Of a stretch of 64,000 nucleotides of DNA, positions 14,043 to 28,164 are shown piece by piece; position 1 is the first letter of the stretch, and each line of letters begins with the position of its first letter. Made by a program: the position numbers and the translations under genes. Source of the DNA: Hypanus sabinus. Taxonomy: Eukaryota. Location of the stretch: contig NC_082710.1 in assembly GCF_030144855.1 (NCBI RefSeq), forward strand, positions 144,398,001 to 144,462,000, given 5' to 3'. A model generated the notes under the pieces. It saw only the letters and a list, made by a program, of their open reading frames with translations, did not search any database and was not told the origin of the DNA.

Positions 14043-16984
14043 TTAAGAAGCCGTAGGCACCGGCCCTAGGCCCCGTTCCTACACCGTATATTTCTCCTTC
14101 TGTATTTGGACTTTCAGTAATTCGGCAAACTTAATCAGATTTAGAATATTTAATGGTTATACGTATTGCAATTGTATTTCCCTATCACCACACCATGAGC
14201 AAAATAATGGGACATCTTCCCAAATCCATCCAGCTAACTCTCTCCTTTCCACCTTGAGAGAACTCTCTCCTTTGAACACAGTGAGAGTTCTTCAATTAAA
14301 ATCCAAATGTCCCATTCTTTGGCGTTTATTTCAAGATTCACTATTGTTAAGAGTTATTTTGCAATACAAACTAAAGTGAGATGAATAACAATGGTACTGA
14401 ACCGCTGACCGTTTTCCTGGACGACACGGTTTTCTTCAGTAAAAATATGATGTTCTTCATAACATGATCGAATCTGCCATGACCTTACTAGCTTAATCAT
14501 TTTGATTCAGTGTCCCTGATTTTGGTGCATCTGATGATTTTAAGCGGGTTATGAGATATGGTTGAAACAAGGCAATTACCAGCGGCATCCAGTGACGATC
14601 TGGCTGTATTTATACACATTAATATTTATATTTTGCTTTGTGAACTACTGCAGCTCGATGTAGTATCTGCACCCCACAGGTTGGTCATAACCTGCCTTTT
14701 GGATTGGCTCGTCTCTTGGTCTGGAATTTCTGGCCTTAAGCAGCATATTCGGCGAGAGGGACTGATGCTCTTCGGGTGCCATGAGCGAGTCTGAATGCAG
14801 AAAACACTTGACTGGTAAAAGCGACTTCACCCTCAGACATAAACCTCATTGGTGTCTTGAATCTGACAGCATATGCATGACAGTATGGACCTGTCCAGTC
14901 TGTTGTTGGTATTTTCTCGTAATACAACAGCTAATGTTAGATGACTAGTTCACCTTTTTTTTAGAAATATGAGTCAGTGTAACATAGGGACAATGTAGGA
15001 TTTTCTCTTGGAAGGATGCAGCTTTTATAACCTTTGCGCAACACAGACACGCTAGCCCATTCTACTGGAATTTCCGATCTCAGATAAAAACTTCCAGCAT
15101 TTCCTAGGACAGCACAACTTCTGATCCCAAACTGGTGACGTTTCCAATCTCCTCATCTTCTGCAACAGTAGGAGGAAAGCACACATTCATTCGAGGAGCA
15201 GAAACATTTTAGAAAATCGCAACATCACAGCTATAAACTCTTCAAAGCTACATCGCTATTATTGTCTGGAGTTACATAGGCGTGTGCCTTTAGCACATTT
15301 CACCCCCCAACCCCTCCCCAAAACAGTTCCAAAATGCAATGGCGAAAATAATCAACACGGATCTTATGAGCCTGATAGTGTGTCTGCTTTCCATCACAAG
15401 CTTAATGCACGGGCTCCTTTTGCTGGGACCAGCAGCAAGTTGAGCTCCTCCATCTCCCAGCATTACCAAAGCGAGAAAGTTGTTCTGCTATTCTGTATGA
15501 TGTGAATTACTGATTATGTATCTTCTTTTGTTTGCTGTGGTAACCAAGCCTACACAGGTCTTCGTGGAAGCAGTTAACATTCCAGTCGCGAATTTCTGTT
15601 TTGTTTTAAGGTCCAGTCCGACTCTGTTTAAAACACGAATAAAGGGCTGTTTTAAAGTTTCCTGCAGCCAACAACCCCGGGCACTGCCTTCAACAGCAGA
15701 AGTATTTGCCTCTGTACTGCCTTGCTTGGCCTTCTCTTGTAAACGCTGCTTTTTTTTGGTGGGGGGGGGGGGGTGCGCTGAGACAATATAAGACATCAAT
15801 TTGACTAAACCTGACGTCTTGAAAAGATTTTTGTTTCCTGAGAGGAGATGGATGGTTCGGGACAACTTGAATTTATTCATGCACTTGCCTCCTGACCAAC
15901 ATGGCTGGAATGGGAGTCCGGAGCACCCTGCACGACACCCCCCCCCCCGCCCCCGTACCCAACTATGCTTTACTTTAAACTTGTGCAACATATTCTTTAG
16001 ATAGAATCTGTCATCAAAGCAGTCATGGGCCATTTGCTTTAACATTTAAACAAAACATTAAGAAAGCATTAAACGGATAGGTGTAACACTATCTGTTTAT
16101 GCCCTCTGACAGCACACTATAAATCAATGGAAATAATTAAGTAAGGCATGCGTCAATAAACATTCTCCAAGGGATAATATCTGTCTGCAACAATAAATTC
16201 TGACCAGGTTGCTTTATTTCGTCAGCAACTAAACCGTTATACTAGAGATACCCAGTAAACTTTGTTCATGTTAAGGTGGAGAGTACCCTCGGGGATCAGG
16301 GCGCAAAGATTATTGGTGCGGCTTATTTATTGACGATGGATCGCAACCCGCTTCATCATGGCACTTAATGAACCGAATAACGGCACATAGTCTGCGAGCA
16401 TGATAATAATATTTCTTTCCACGACTTTTAAATAACATTTCTGCGACAAAAACTACAACGCATCCGATACTATTTACAAACTCAGCTGAACGCTTGTCAC
16501 TCTAATTTAAAATTCGCCCTCTTTCCGATCGGCCCGATCGTTCTTGGTGTTTAAGGATGTTTTGAAACGTCTGGTTTTAATTTGGTGATTTGGCGTTCGA
16601 AGAGCATTCTCGCGAGCGAGTCGACTAACCGCGCTAAATTCCCCTTAGATCTGTGACAGTTTACTTTCAAGTTCCCGGCTATGAAGTAAAGAATGCCGCC
16701 TTTGTAACCCCGTTCCAAAGTGTTTGTACACGCAAACCCTGGAGAAGCTTTCCACAGAAGCCGAGATAACGCTTTAATTTCACATCCTCGACTTTTGAGA
16801 AATGTTTGTATAATTAAGCAGCGTGCACACGCGATAGAAACGGAAACTGGTTAGATTCGCAGTCTAGAGAGAAAAACACCATACAGCATTTGATTTGTAA
16901 GCGCAAAAGAAATACTTCGCAGTAGATAACGGAGTGTACTTGTTGAGGGGTCTAAATACAAAGTGCAGAGTGTTTGACACCAAC

Positions 16985-17975
16985 CTGTGTGCGTCCTTTT
17001 ATGAATCTTCAAGTTTTCCGAGCGAGCGAATACTTTTCCGCAACCGGGGAACGGGCAAGGAAAAGGTTTTTCTCCCGTGTGAACTCGGATATGGTTGACC
17101 AATTTGTATTTCGCCTTGAACGGTTTGCCTTCTCTGGGGCATTCCTCCCAGTAACAAATGTGAACGTTCTGCTCGGGCCCGCCGACGTGCTCCACCGTGA
17201 CATGATTTACCAATTCGTGCATCGTGCTGAAAGTTTTCGAACAAGGTTTCTTTGAAGTGTCGTCTTGGTCAATCCACTTGCAGATTAGCTCTTGCTTGAT
17301 GGGCTGTCTCATGTACCTGAAGAATGCCCCGGCTCCATGATGAGCCGCTGCCAGGTTAACGTTTAAGTTCATGGAGGTATAACTGTGCAGGGAAGAGCCC
17401 GGGTAATGCTCCGGCCTATAGATTTCCCCCGGCAACCCCAGGCGCACCTGCCCATTTAACGTTGGGTGGGTTCCTGCTGCCGACTGCTCGTGGAGACCCG
17501 AGAACACTTCCGAGTGCCCGTAGCTACCCGCTGTGGAGAGAAACATGCCGTGGTGGTGGTGGTGGCGATGGTGAGAGGGAGATGGCGAGTGCTGTTCGCC
17601 CAGTCCGTGCATGGCAGATGCTGAAAGGTCTCTCCTGAGAATGTAGTCCCTGCCGCTCGCGTAGGCTGAGTGGGGGTGACCCGCTGGGTAGCTGGCTGAG
17701 TTCTGTGCCGAGCCGAAAATCGCCGCTGTCTGCACTTCGGGGTGTGCGGCCATGTGCTGAGATGGACTGGGTTTCAGAGCACTGGCCTGAGCCATGTGCT
17801 CGGGCCCGAAAGGAGTAAGAGGCGCGCTGGGGTCGCTGCTGATCTCCCCAGGGTGTGTGTGTGTCTGGCTGCCCAGTCCCGGGAAGCCTGACATGTTCTG
17901 GTGAGGCTGCTGTTGATTTCCTGCCAAGTCCGATAATCTCAGGCCCGAATACCGCTTGCTTAGCGCGGCTTCCAT
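16985..17975 (-). CDS. zic5: Zic5 coding exon 1 (N-terminus, His-rich tract, ZF-NC, zinc fingers 1-3)
   Basis: ATG at 17975-17973. Contains [19 protein letters not shown]...HKRTHT and ends ACA G|GTTGGT, the conserved phase-1 Zic intron. Confidence 0.95.
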
Positions 17976-18139
17976 TGCTTACACTAGTCAGTCCATCCAC
18001 GCTAGTTGGTGGGACAGTTTTTTTTTCCCTCTCCCTCTTTTTTTCTCTCTCTCACTCACTCTCTCTCTCTCTTTCCTTCCCCCTCCCTCCCCCCACCCAC
18101 CCCGCCCCACAAAAAACAAAGCCTGGAAATATTTTATGG

Positions 18140-18300
18140 AAGCGTATTTAAAGTACTTTTTTAAAAGCACCCTTTAACTCTGCCTTTCTCACAGTGTTCT
18201 CAAGCGATTGGCAGATCATACAACAGTTAGGTGACACGGTGGGGAAATATAGTTCAGAGATGGCAGGGCGGCGATTGGAGACTTTGGGGGTGATTGGCAG
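18140..18300 (-). promoter_or_regulatory. zic5 proximal promoter candidate with three CCAAT boxes
   Basis: ATTGG at 18207, 18274 and 18293 (CCAAT on the minus strand) next to a GGGCGG GC-box. An AT-rich TATA-like stretch lies at about 18145-18165, upstream of a GA-rich 5'UTR. Confidence 0.6.
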
Positions 18301-21300
18301 ACGCGCCGTTCAGGCAATTCGCCCGTTTTCAGCCGAGCGGCGCAGCGGGACCCACCCCCTCCTCTCCGCCCGCACTTCTCACGATGTTGCTCTCTCAAAT
18401 TTTGACTCCAAAACTTAAGTAAACTTATTCCCTCCACCCCCCCCCCCCCATCCAAACTCTTACGGCCGGGAAACTCCATAACTGGCCATTAAAGATTGCA
18501 ATTAGCTCGTCTCCTCCCCTCTCCGGAGGGTTTATGTAAAATACTGATTGTGGTCATGTACCTTTTAAATTCGCTTCTGAGCCATGAGCATTGATGACGC
18601 ATCACATGTTCAACAGTGTTTTGCTTGGAACATTTTAAAATTATTGATTCCAAAGCTGGCTATACAATTCTAACATAACTACAAAGGACTCACGCTAAAT
18701 ATTAATATTTTACTGCATTGGAATTTTAGATTCAAACTTACAATGATCATAATTTACTCTTTGCTACTGCATATTAACATAAATTACAAATAACAAATTT
18801 GGAGATATGGTCGTAGAATTATTTTTATACCCAGCGGTAGTCAAAAGTAATACAATTTTTCAAGTAAAACGGGAATTTGGGAACATCTAAACTAAGCACC
18901 AGTAGCGTAGAAAATTCAGTGCAATCCATGGCTATTTTGATAACACCTTTTATGATTTGTATTTTAAATGTTCATATTAAAATTGAAGAGTATAAATATT
19001 CATAAGGTTATGAAGTATATTAAGGTGAAGGTAAACTTTGTATGGAAGTTATCAATGAGGAATGAGCGAGTGTTCTTTCTTCACTGTGGCATGAAGGACA
19101 ACGATGCATAAGGTCAGAACAACGAGCATCTTATGGAGTATATGAAGATGATTTTATTATTGGGGAATGATATACAAACGTAAATGTTTCAATCTCACCA
19201 AAGCCATCTGAAACAACATTCTAAGTTGCACCATAATATGCAGTTGCCTCACGTTCTTCAGGCATCAGCATCACTATTGTATCTCCACGACATGGATTCA
19301 AATCTTCAATCTATTGTCACTTCTTCTGATTTACATATTGTATTCAGTTCTGGCAATTAATAATTTTTGCGATTGCCTTTTTTTCATAAAGAAGCGAGTA
19401 ACATGGGTTGTAATTAATTAGAAATACATAAAACATCAATGAAAAATAAAGATGTTGAATTTTTTAATGTTACTTAGATTTTTCCTGTTGTTCCCAAATG
19501 AAATAACGTTATGAGGATTTTCAAATAATCATCATGCAAGTATTCTGCAAAGCTTAGGAATTGTAGCATAACATTCAATACTAACATAATATATTTTTCA
19601 ACAGAAAGCTGAAAATATGTTTAAATTGCCGCGGTGTTTCCATAAAGAGGGCGGAGAGAAATAATTGTTTTATTTTTAGCTTTTCGATTTTCATTGCCTA
19701 ATTATTTGAACTTTCTACTTCGGATCTGGTAAATGAGAGCAACTGGTATAACACAAATAAAAGCACGATAAGTAGAAACAAAGACAAATGCGATTAAACT
19801 CTGTTTTCTTATTTGATATCCTCTACCTTCTTATCTACGATACATTATGCAACTTCATCTACCTAAGCAAATTACTCCGAGTTAAATTAAAACTATGAAG
19901 GAAAGAATTAACAAAATTTGAGCAAGTCGAATTATTTTCTCGTGATATGCGACAAAGCTAGATCATTGATTATGTTTAAGAAAATACTTCACCCCGTTTG
20001 AGACTTAAGCACTGTCCATAAATTATATATGCATAATTATTCCCAAAACGTTTTGATAATTTTTATCAAATTGAATTGAATGCAAGAGAGATTAATGAAA
20101 CACTCTTTTAAAAGATTGATGTGACCAGATTTATTTTCCGACAGTATTGACTTACATATAAAACAGTTTTGTTTCTCAATATGGTCTCTCGAAGCTGCAA
20201 TATTTTCAAAGCTTTTTGACTGGTTGTTTTATTAACTTAAATGATTTAACTTTACAGTCCAATATAGGAATCTACTGAAGCAATATTTCCAGATAGCACA
20301 TTGAATATACATATTAATATCATGAAATTATACGCTTAACAATCTTATCATTGTTACCTGTTTGATTCTGTATATAACCCACATTTTTAAGATCCCATAT
20401 TTATTATACGCGTGTGCCTTTGTATCGATTTCACAGCATTCATATTAATTAATTTCTAACCACTGTTTTGTTAATTGAGCTATATCCGTAACTTCCAATT
20501 TTAATACACCAATCCATGCCAAGCGACGAGGATGTCCTTCAAAAATCCTTTCTGATCATCGTTTCGTTTTCGCGCAGCCTTCCACCTTGTGATGAAAATA
20601 TACAATATGTCCAAAACTGCCTGTCTGCATTTTGATAACAACAAATAGATTACATAGTCCAGAAGTTTTGCTAAGTATTATTGGCCAAGAGTTGAACAAA
20701 TGACAGAGAAGAATCGAACAGTTTCTGTATATTTTTGTTAGGCTTTCCACTATGTCCAGCTAAGCTACTAATAGACCGATAAATTATAACGAGTGCACAA
20801 CGATAATCAGTACCTAGAGCACAGCTCGTTTATAGGCTTTGTAACGTAAGATGCGATAATCATGCAGCATAAAACGTGATATCTGATCATGTAATGTGAC
20901 TTTAAAATCTTATGCCTGATAATTGATTATTCTACATTTGTCACCTCTGTCTGAATTAAGTTTGCTTTATTTACGAAAATGATTACATGAATCCAAATTC
21001 ACATCAGAGACTGACTCTTAAAGTAAAAAAATAAACCCCATTATCCTATAAGATTCGGAACATCGAAATTCTATTGACCATGAAACGTGTGAAGGTAACT
21101 TCACACTGTGACACGAAATCCAAAGACAACGAGGAAATATAATTACTGAGTTTCCTTCAGGTGGGCACTGTTCAACGCCCAACATTTTCTCGGAGAATCT
21201 CGCTACAAGTGCTCTCTACCTGTAATGAAATAATCCTCACTCTTCTGTCCCCCCCCCCCCACAATAAAAATGTTGGCCTTGATCACTGATTGCAGGAATG

Positions 21301-22967
21301 GGAGAGGATTTAGGATTTAGGTTGCCAGAGGTGAGGTGTTTGTACGAAAGGGATTTGATAATACGCGCACTTCTTTATAACGGTCTTGGCTCAACCCAAA
21401 ATTATATCTGTCATTGATTAATACGTCTCAGTGTTCACCTTCTTCTACCGTCGATTTTATTTCCACGTGTTTCTTCTAGAAATTGCTACAATATGCCACA
21501 ATAGAAATAAAATCCCGACGTTGTATAAATTTGGAAACCCGAATATGATTGTATTGTACTTAATAGGCTTCGAGCAAAATGACAAATAAACGCTTTAATG
21601 GACTCCGAAGGAAGTTGGTGCATATTTGTAAATTAGGATTACGTCCATAACGCGATTATTGTCAAAAGCATTTCGGAAGTAGCAAATATCTAGCACTAAC
21701 TAATTTTCTCCATCTAAGCTCCCTTAATTCAGCAATGCACCTCTCCTTCCAGTCTAAACGATAAGACTAAATACTCATTAAACACCATGCTTGTGTTATA
21801 ATTGCACTGAATTGGTTTCCTGTTTCTGTTTTTCCAGCCTTGGTTATTTTTAAGGAAATTGTTTCCGATTTCCCGGCGTTTTATTATCTCTTATTAGGCT
21901 TTCAAAGCATAATTATGCTTCCAGTTCAAAAATTCTAATCCTAGCCGTTCATTACATTCGGTAGGATGCCAGTGACTATTCAAAGAGAATCGAATTATCA
22001 AGTAAGGTAGCGCGCTGGTGAAAAATGAAACCCAATAATGCCAATTTTAGTAGTATAGGTAACCCAGCGAATTGATATAGTGGGATCATAAAATGATTAT
22101 TAATGCGGCCTGAGTAATGCACATGATTCGAAATATTGCGAGCAGATTAAGGAAGCAGGAATGAGTATTACAATATTTTAACAATCCAGAAGAGGTTTCG
22201 CGTTAAAGTGTCATGGAACCGAGTATGGGGAACAGCAATGGCTGTGGAAAGAAGGGAGGGGGATGTTGGAGTCAAAATTAAGACACGTTTTGGAAATGAA
22301 ACGTTGGATGGCAGAGAATGCCCAGTAAGATGTAAGGTATTCGATAATTGTATAAAAGAGATTTTGAATTCCTCGTGAAACATCGATATACATAAAATAA
22401 AAATTAAGATAGTTTGTTGGGTCGTAGTTTCAGTGAGGAACGATATATTAAGTTGCACCGTTCCAGCGAGAATAAACCCAGGTGAATGAAACCCCCGATC
22501 GAATGCAACCTTCTGAAAGCATTGAAGAGTGTGTTTCTTCATCTCTTTCTAGTACTTCCTGGTGGTAAACCATAACAACTTGCCTACAAAGCCATGTTGT
22601 CTGTCAATTGCCACATCATACAAGCCATGTCCTTATAGCAATCCGCCGCTCCATTACCTCATGCCTTGTAAGGCTCGATTCACATAAAATCCCCATACGC
22701 TTGATTGCACGCCCTTAATTATTGAACAGATACATGTTTCTTTTCAATGGATGGGGTAATTAATAGACCATCAGTAAACTGAATTCAACACTTCCTGGCG
22801 GTTTAACACTTTGTTTATAATGTGTTTCTACTTATTCAGGCCAATATGAAAGAGCGCGAATAGAGGTATTGTGCTCCTGTTCTGTTTGATAGTCACGCGC
22901 CCAAACAGATCAGGTTATGCAGATGTGTATATGGGTCTTTCCCGTTTTCCGTCAGCATTTTGCCCGT

Positions 22968-22979
22968 CGCGCGCGCGTG

Positions 22980-23035
<56 letters not shown>

Positions 23036-23036
23036 C
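22968..23036. repeat. (TG)n microsatellite flanked by (CG)n
   Basis: About 22 TG units bracketed by gcgcgcg runs. Confidence 0.95.
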
Positions 23037-26000
23037 TTGTGTGTGAAAATAAATTTATGCAGTCGTGTTATTTGCAAAATTGTCACTTCACCGTAATAGA
23101 AACAGAACATAACATTAACCTTACTGCAGCATTCGGGAGAGGCAGATTTTATTTGTCTTGAGATACTGGCTATTCCTTTGGGGTAATTTTTAAAAGCGGG
23201 ATATTTGGCGAATATGTTAGCAGAGATGTCGGGATAGATGTTACAAATGAAAGGCATAATAATTTAAACACTACAATGTGTCAAACACCTGGCGATAAAT
23301 ATGTAAGCTACCTTCCACGAGTTAATTTTACGTTTTTCTTGAACATTTACATCTTCGACCAGTCAATTTCATGTTTAAAAGATTGTAGAAAAGGATTTAA
23401 CGAGAGATTAATTATTCGAAAAGATTAACGAAGTGGAACATTGTGCCTTTCGTATAATTTCACCTGTATTTTGGATTAAATGTTGCATTGCAATCACCTC
23501 ATGTTAATTCGTCATTTGTTTAAATAAAGACTTTGACAATTTTACCTTATTATCACCATGTTCCTAAGGTCAATGATTAAAGGTCTTTTACAAACCCATT
23601 ATTGTATTGGTTGATATCTGTCATTTGTCATCCCACCATATTTTTTCCTTCTCTTGCTCGCCCGTCGCGTTACTTTTTTTCTTTTTTCTCTCCTCCTTTT
23701 CGCGAATAACGATTAATTGATAACAAGGGCTTGAGAATTGCTGTTTTACATGTAAAAATATAGGATCCATGATTGCCACATGCAAACTTTACCTTCACAC
23801 GGTAGTCATATGTCTCATGTGATTGTAATTGAGATACTGATAACACGAAGGTGCAGAACACACACAGACTATCACCGAAATAAATTACACCACTAATGCG
23901 TTTTAAAACAGGACAGACTTTACAGGGGTTAACTGCAGATATAATTTATGGAATAAACATCATAGGTCGCCATCTCGTAAACTGATAACACATGTCACTT
24001 CGGTTTGTCTTTTCTTTAATATGCTATCGTAAAATATTTTTGGACGCTTCGCCAAAGGTTCAGGAAGCGTTAGTACTCAAATGCAACGCTGCGATGTATT
24101 TCAATAAGCGTGTGTGGCTTGACAGCAAGCAACAGGCCTTAACTGTTCTCTTTGCGTGGCATCTAAAATAGCCTTTACAAAATAGTGCATGCTTAGAATC
24201 AGTGGTGTTTTTTTGATTCAGTAATTAAAATTGACTGGACATTTGAGTCAGTAAGTTCCAGTTCCCAGTCACTAATATTAATATTTACATGTAGAACTGT
24301 ACTTGATAAACTAGTGAGCGGGCTCATTCAGCTGTTTTCCTCGAACGTTCCCACGATTAACAGAGCCTTACATACTGTAATTCTACTCTCTTTGATGCGT
24401 GGATCAAATTAACAACACTGCATTTGTTCAAAGTTGTCTGGCGAAATGTACATACTTCCTCTTGCTGCTAACAGTAGATTCGCACAATTATATATAAATA
24501 TATATATACACACGAATCTATATGTGTATCATTTGTTTTACATTACTATGTATCTATATATAAACACACACACACACAAATCGCGCAATGAATATATATA
24601 TATATACATTACGTGATTTGTATCCCACGAGGTACGCATTTCCAGAATACAAAATAGCTTTATATTAAGAACTGGTGAAATCCGAACTGAAATCCTGTGG
24701 CACAAAAGGATTGGAAATAAATAGTAAACTAAACGTTTCCACAAACTCCGCATCGAATAAGCATGCTTTCTTTTACTATTTCGTTTTAATGGAAGCACTG
24801 TATGAGACAATATACTTCAGGCCACAGTGAAAGTAAGCTAGTGTGACTGTAGACTGAAAAGTAATAGTCCCTTGATTAGCTCAATTGGATTCGAGATCTT
24901 GATTGACACAGATAACAACTCAGTGAAGTTTTCTGATTTAATATACCATTTCAAGAGTTTCCAATATCCTTACATTCAAAATGTAGCTGAATTAATTCGA
25001 CGAAATGGAATTATTTTTAAAAGGGAACATTACCTCAATCAAGTTAGATAGCCCCAAACATTTAATATATTGATGTAGGAGCCAAAGCCAATAACTATAC
25101 ACAAAACTCAGAGTAAGTAATGTTTATAATTTCGTAACGTTAAGACATCTAAGAATTTGCACGGTTCATGTGGAATTTCCACCAACACGATGAGGGAATC
25201 CTGGTTAAAATGGAAAGATATGAATAAAAATGAATGATCTAACTTATTTTCCGGCAAATAGACTAAAGATTAAGAAAGTATGATATTCAGCTATTCGTTG
25301 CAAGCAATAACGCAGGAGTTTAAATTGTTTATTCAGAGCAATGGATAAAATGAAAGGTGACGTTTTCTCCCCAACCCCCTCTCCGAACCCACTGTGTTCT
25401 ACCTTGTCTGTCACTTAAAGCTGTCCAAGAACTGTATTTTTAGAAGGAATATTTTTGTTGTGCTCAAGGGATTTTCAAAACTGACGAGACCGCAAGCAAT
25501 CGGCAGTACGGAATCCTCCAAACATGCATTCAGCACAGGATATTGTCGAGCGGTTGGTCCCTGTAAAAGTTCTCTGTAGATCCCATTCTCCACCCAGATC
25601 CAAGACAACACAGCGAAAAAAAATCTATCATATATATTTGTCATGAATAAAGCGTTGAGTTCTCCAGCGCACTTTGACTAAACTTTATTCAAAATTAGAT
25701 TGAAATATGTGACAAGGTTGATATGGATGAAAGAGGATATTGTGTGGACTTCACTGTTGGCAGTTATTAAAACAAGCCTGCACGCTAACAAAAGAAGTGC
25801 TGTCGCTATAAAGACGAGAGCAGATTCTGGATTTGGCTAAGTGGATAAAGACATTCTCCGCAGCCTTAGAGCACCATCTCTCATATAGTAAGTTCATTGC
25901 TTACCTATTGAAACCTGTTGAAGTACCATTAAATTGATAGATTAGCAGCCGCTGGCCCTTCTCTCTGTCCACCTTCAGCTTCTGTGTGCATTCTGCTGCC

Positions 26001-27299
26001 ATGGTACCCAAATGCAATTGAATTTCTGTATTTCACTCTCTGTCTGTCTAACTGTCTGTCTCTCTCTCTCACAAACACACTCACTCACTCACTCTCTCTC
26101 TCTCTCTCTCGCAACCTCAGTGACCAAGGATAGAAGGGTTTTTTTTTGGGGGGGGGGTCGGTTTGCTGAGAAATAATAAAGCTCTGTAGAGAAGTCGGCA
26201 AACGTGACTTTGAACTTGGATCAGCTCCTGCAGTCCCTGCAGAGTGCAGTCCTGGAGGAGTGAAAGAATAGCGGTAAGCACGAAGCTGCGCCGCTGTACA
26301 CAGGAATTAGAGAATTAAACCAAAACCAAACTTCTTTGTTAAAAATAAGCCCAGTCCACTAAAAAAAACAGTAAGCATCTCCGGTGCAAACAAGGCAGGG
26401 CGCCAAACCAACAAACCGATTTAATGCATTACTTTTACATAAATTAAGTTTATTGTGGCGTTGAATTTTCTTCAAGAATCTTTTTGGTGTGACGTAAGTT
26501 TATATACATTTTGTTCATCGCTTATTATAAAGCTGACATATCGGAGGAAGGAAAGGTAAATTGGAAATTAGTTTCTGTAATTAACTGTGTGCGATTTAGG
26601 GGGACAGGAGGCGAGGACGAGCAGGGCTGGGAAAGGAGAAGGTTTGGTGGGACTATTTCCGTTAGTTTTTTAGGTTTCGTTGTCCTATTCCAGACTTAGT
26701 CTTTAAACGTGTGTGGGGGGGGGGGGGTTTACCCACACCAATGCCCCGCTTTCACAGACAAAAAACAGCCGCTTTCCGTTCCTAACAATAAGGAAATAAA
26801 ATGCCCGTGTACCACGGGGAAATTGCATTTAAGATCACCCTTCACTGCTCAGTCGCTCTCTCCTAAATTATAGAGAGAGAAAAAAAATGGAACTTGAAGA
26901 AAGAGCGATAAACTTTAATGCAAGCAAAAATAGTGTGCAATTTATAGGTGTCAAATCGGATTAAATCCTTAGCTCACAAGCCGAGCTCTTCCCACACTGG
27001 GTTCTGATCAGTACCGGATCTGTCTCTTTCACTGTTTGTTTCCCACCACTTTCAATCGGCAAGTTTCAGAAATAAAGTTGCCCATTTTATATCATGTTAC
27101 ATACTTACCTGCTAAAGGCACCAGTTATGTACAGGGAGTTGGGGAAACGAGTACTATGCTGTGGACATTGGATTCGCCCCCACGTCGTCTCCCCACCATC
27201 CCAACTCCCCACATTTTGCTCGCAAGTCATTGTAACAGATTTCGATTAACTTTTATTGCTACACAGTGCAAACGTGATGCGGCTGGACAACTGGCTGCA

Positions 27300-27671
27300 T
27301 TGGCGAGGACAGAAGTGGCGCAGAAATGGCCGATTTCGGGGGGGGGGGGGAACACAAATCAAAGTAGGCGTAATTAATGGAAAATGGCGACGCGTTTGGA
27401 GCAGGCTACCTGGGATGGATGAGGCGGAGTTGTCCAATGAAAAGCCATTATAGAGTGGCCGCTGTCCTGTTTAAAAGGGGTGTTGGGAGAAGCGCCGTCA
27501 CTCCAGCCAGCAGCCGAACCTTGCATCATATGACAGACGCGGAACCAACTTAAGGTCCCCCCTCCCCCCAACCCCTCCTCGCCCATTTATCCTTAGGATT
27601 CTCTTATCTCTACTCCTTATTTATCTGCCATTCTGATTACCGCTATCACTGGCAACAGCGCATCTGCCGAC

Positions 27672-27703
<32 letters not shown>

Positions 27704-27740
27704 GGAGAGGGAGAAAGAAAGAGAGAGAGAAACAGACAGC
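27300..27740 (+). promoter_or_regulatory. zic2 proximal promoter / 5' region candidate
   Basis: YY1-type AAAATGGCG at 27381, CCAAT at about 27434, C-rich boxes at about 27556-27585 and a (GA)n tract at about 27671-27730, all upstream of the zic2 ATG. Confidence 0.5.
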
Positions 27741-28164
27741 AAGAACGTTTAAAAGCGCTTTCTCCGTGGGAAATTCTGCCACAGAAGAAAACAAACTTCA
27801 ATGTGATCGCAATAAAAAAACTGTTTCAAGGACATCAAAAAAGTTGCACGCGATAATTTGGCTCGATCGGTTTTCTCGTCGCTTAGTTTTATTTGGCACA
27901 AAGAGAGAGAGAGAGCGAGAAAGCAGTTGGGAAGGGGCGAATCGTTGGGCTGGACTGGTGATTTCATGGACTGGTGCGTTCTTATTCCTTTAGAAAACCA
28001 CCGTAAACAGTGACAACATCAAGGCGGCTCTGAAGTTCCTGCTGACCAGTTTGTGCGTGCGTCTGTGTGTGTGCTTGTGAGTGTGTTGTTGGGGTGGGTT
28101 TGGGGGTTAAGAGATCTGTTTGTTTGCCCACCCCCACCCCCACCCATCCCCAGCTTTCAGGGGT

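Larger units (their letters stand above)
12629..17975 (-). other. zic5: zic5 gene, coding span: join(complement 16985..17975, 12629..13062), 474 aa C2H2 zinc-finger transcription factor
   Basis: The N-terminus [24 protein letters not shown] and the C-terminus [35 protein letters not shown] are ZIC5-like. There is no ZOC motif, the gene has two coding exons, and it is divergently paired with zic2. The spliced CDS is 991+434=1425 nt and in frame. Confidence 0.95.

Noticed and set aside
17524-18000. 158-aa alternative-frame ORF over zic5 exon 1
   Set aside because: It begins at GTG and is a shadow of the zic5 CDS.
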